Positions 62,146-64,000 of a DNA stretch of 64,000 nucleotides are shown in pieces. Below the pieces are notes generated by a model. That model saw only the letters and a list, made by a program, of their open reading frames with translations. It had not been told where the DNA came from and did no database searches. Origin of the DNA: Candidatus Bathyarchaeum tardum (GTDB taxonomy: Archaea; Thermoproteota; Bathyarchaeia; Bathyarchaeales; Bathyarchaeaceae); NCBI GenBank assembly GCA_024650005.2, contig CP122380.1:512001-576000 (forward strand), given 5' to 3'. Each line of letters opens with the position of its first letter. The stretch's first letter is position 1. The position numbers and the translations under genes are program-made.

Positions 62146-62855
62146 CCCTGTTGTTGTTCAAAGCCATGTTTTCCGATTAATGGGACGAATGTGACTCCTC
62201 CCAGGTTTTCTTGGATTGTTTTTCCGTTTTGTTTTCTGACCCGAACTAATGTTTGATAAAATTGTGCCCCTCCCACCGGAGCTAAAAGAACTCCTCCGTC
62301 CTTTAATTGCTCAACTAACGGTTCAGGAACCTTTGGACCTGCTGCGGCAACAAAAATTCTGTCATATGGAGCTTCTTCTGGATATCCCATTGTTCCGTCA
62401 CTGTGAATTATTGTAATCCTTTCTGCAAACCCTGCATTATCAATGTTAGTTTTTGCGAAAGCTGCCAACTGGGGTATTCTTTCAATTGTGTAAACGTGTC
62501 CCCACTGGTCTTTAGGTGCATCTGATGGAGCAACTATCTCTGCTATGGTTGCAGCGTGCCAGCCTGAACCTCCGCCAACTTCTAAGACTTTATGTCCAAT
62601 TTCTAGTTGAAGGGCTTCATCCATTATGGCTACCATGTTTCACCTAGTTGACCGCATGTGTCAACCAAGAGGCGCAGAAGCTGTTTGACCCCAACCAATG
62701 GAAAGCGGACAATCCAATGTTGCACTAGGTTTTACATTTTCAGGCAAAAACTTTTCCCGTGGAACTCTTCGTAAGGCTTCAATTACTTTAGGCGACCGAA
62801 GAACCCCTTGTTTAATTAGTTTTCGAACTAAAATATCCCATGATTGTTGACTCAT
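62142..62855 (-). CDS. pcm: Protein-L-isoaspartate O-methyltransferase, intron-split (227 aa after splicing)
   Basis: VPREKF, GQTASAP[H]MVAIM restored by removing 30 nt, VLEVGGGSGW, APYDRI, FVPLIG. Confidence 0.9.
62639..62668 (-). other. 30-nt BHB pre-mRNA intron in pcm
   Basis: UG-CGCC-UC^U-UGGUUGAC-ACAUGCG-GUCAACUA-GGUG-AA^A-CA. Two in-frame UGA. Confidence 0.85.
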
Positions 62856-63325
62856 CACTCACCCCATTTAATAATGGGGTTATTTAATGCCTTAAACTTT
62901 AGTCTTTTTTGCTGAATTTTTGTGCCCACAATGCAAACTGAATCTTTTTTTAATAATATCTTAGATGTATTTTTTGGGTGGAAATTCTATGGCACCGAAT
63001 CAAACAGCAATAAACTTGAAAACTTTCTGGTATCTCCATTAATTCTGGTAATTGGCTTTGCATGATGGCAAGCGCTGTTGATTCCTTCCTTAATGTGAAC
63101 AATCAAATTTTCACAGTAGTTTTCACATTATCTGGTGGAATCCATACAGTAACCCTGTTCTTCAAAGGAAACTCAATATTTCAGCAACATGTTGAGTCCA
63201 AACAGTAAATACTTGTTTGAAAAAACTTGATTTGTTTCTTTTAAACTATAATCTGGAACCTTTGGTTTTGTTGAAAAACATTTAAGAGTAGTTTTTTATG
63301 GTTGATTTTGTTATGGCTGGTTATC

Positions 63326-64000
63326 ATGAGTAAGATTAATCGTGCTCTTGTTTTGGCGGCTGGTCAGGGAAGCCGATTGAAAGATTACGTGGATCAGAAG
63401 GTAGTTCATTATGTTGATGGGGTGCCTCTTTTGGGAAGAATTCTTCATGGTCTTAAAGATGCTGGAATAGAAAGTGTTGTTATTGTTATCGGATATGAGG
63501 CTGATAACGTTCAACGCGTAATTGGTAACGATTATTTAGGTCTTAAAGTGAATTACGTTGTGGCGGAAAACTGGAAAAAAGGGAACCTTTACTCGTTTTT
63601 AGCTGCGAAAAAAGAATTCACTTCCCCTTTTGTTCTTTGTATGGGCGACCACCTTTTTGACAGCAAAATAGTAGAAAAATTAATCAGTGTTGATTCCAAA
63701 AATTCTATTGTTTTGGCAATTGACCGTGTTGGATACGCAATTGATGACACAAAAATTTTGGATCAAGACGGAACAATCATAAACATTGGTCATGATATAG
63801 AGCCATCAACCGGTGTCTGCACTGGGTTCTTTTTATGCTCTCCAAAGTTTTTCTCATATGCTGAAACAGTTGCAACTGAAGATAACGGTGAACTAGATGA
63901 CTGCATTCGTGTTGCGGCAAGAAATAACGATACACAAGTTCTTGACATTAGCGGATACTTTTGGGTGGATGTAGATACCAAAAAAGATCTTGAAAGGGCA
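63326..64000 (+). CDS. Sugar/inositol-phosphate nucleotidyltransferase (NTP_transf family), 3'-truncated by window edge
   Basis: MSKINRALVLAAGQGSRL, LCMGDH, WVDVDT; frame open to the window end. Confidence 0.85.
   Translation, partial: MSKINRALVLAAGQGSRLKDYVDQKVVHYVDGVPLLGRILHGLKDAGIESVVIVIGYEADNVQRVIGNDYLGLKVNYVVAENWKKGNLYSFLAAKKEFTSPFVLCMGDHLFDSKIVEKLISVDSKNSIVLAIDRVGYAIDDTKILDQDGTIINIGHDIEPSTGVCTGFFLCSPKFFSYAETVATEDNGELDDCIRVAARNNDTQVLDISGYFWVDVDTKKDLERA

Noticed and set aside
62642-62663. Selenocysteine or stop read-through at the in-frame UGA codons in pcm
   Set aside because: It needs two read-throughs and would insert 10 extra residues into a conserved motif. BHB splicing restores the motif exactly.

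Overview
AT-rich archaeal chromosomal segment. Gene content and order (rps12-rps7-tuf, rpl14e-cbf5, EF-1beta-cdc48-fen1, archaeal SRP RNA, Lrp/AsnC pairs beside large PQQ-like beta-propeller surface proteins) point to a TACK archaeon, probably Bathyarchaeia (inference). It holds a type IV pilus locus with an exactly duplicated major pilin, a metY-metX-metW operon, a CbbQ/NorQ-type AAA+/VWA pair, an XPD-like helicase, an S-layer-like protein, a two-component system, a HerA-like ATPase and several pseudogenes. The main signal is RNA splicing, with five predicted bulge-helix-bulge (BHB)-type introns. A 30-nt canonical BHB intron splits the His codon of the conserved SAPHM motif of pcm (protein-L-isoaspartate O-methyltransferase). 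A 21-nt BHB intron splits the catalytic Asp codon of cbf5. tRNA-Ser(GGA) carries three introns. The cbf5 intron is the textbook archaeal mRNA intron. I know of no report of a pcm intron, which suggests wider EndA-dependent mRNA splicing in this lineage. Second, two divergent beta-propeller genes 25 kb apart share a ~457-bp virtually identical 3' cassette followed by a structurally conserved hairpin. All calls come from reading the sequence by eye; no searches were run.
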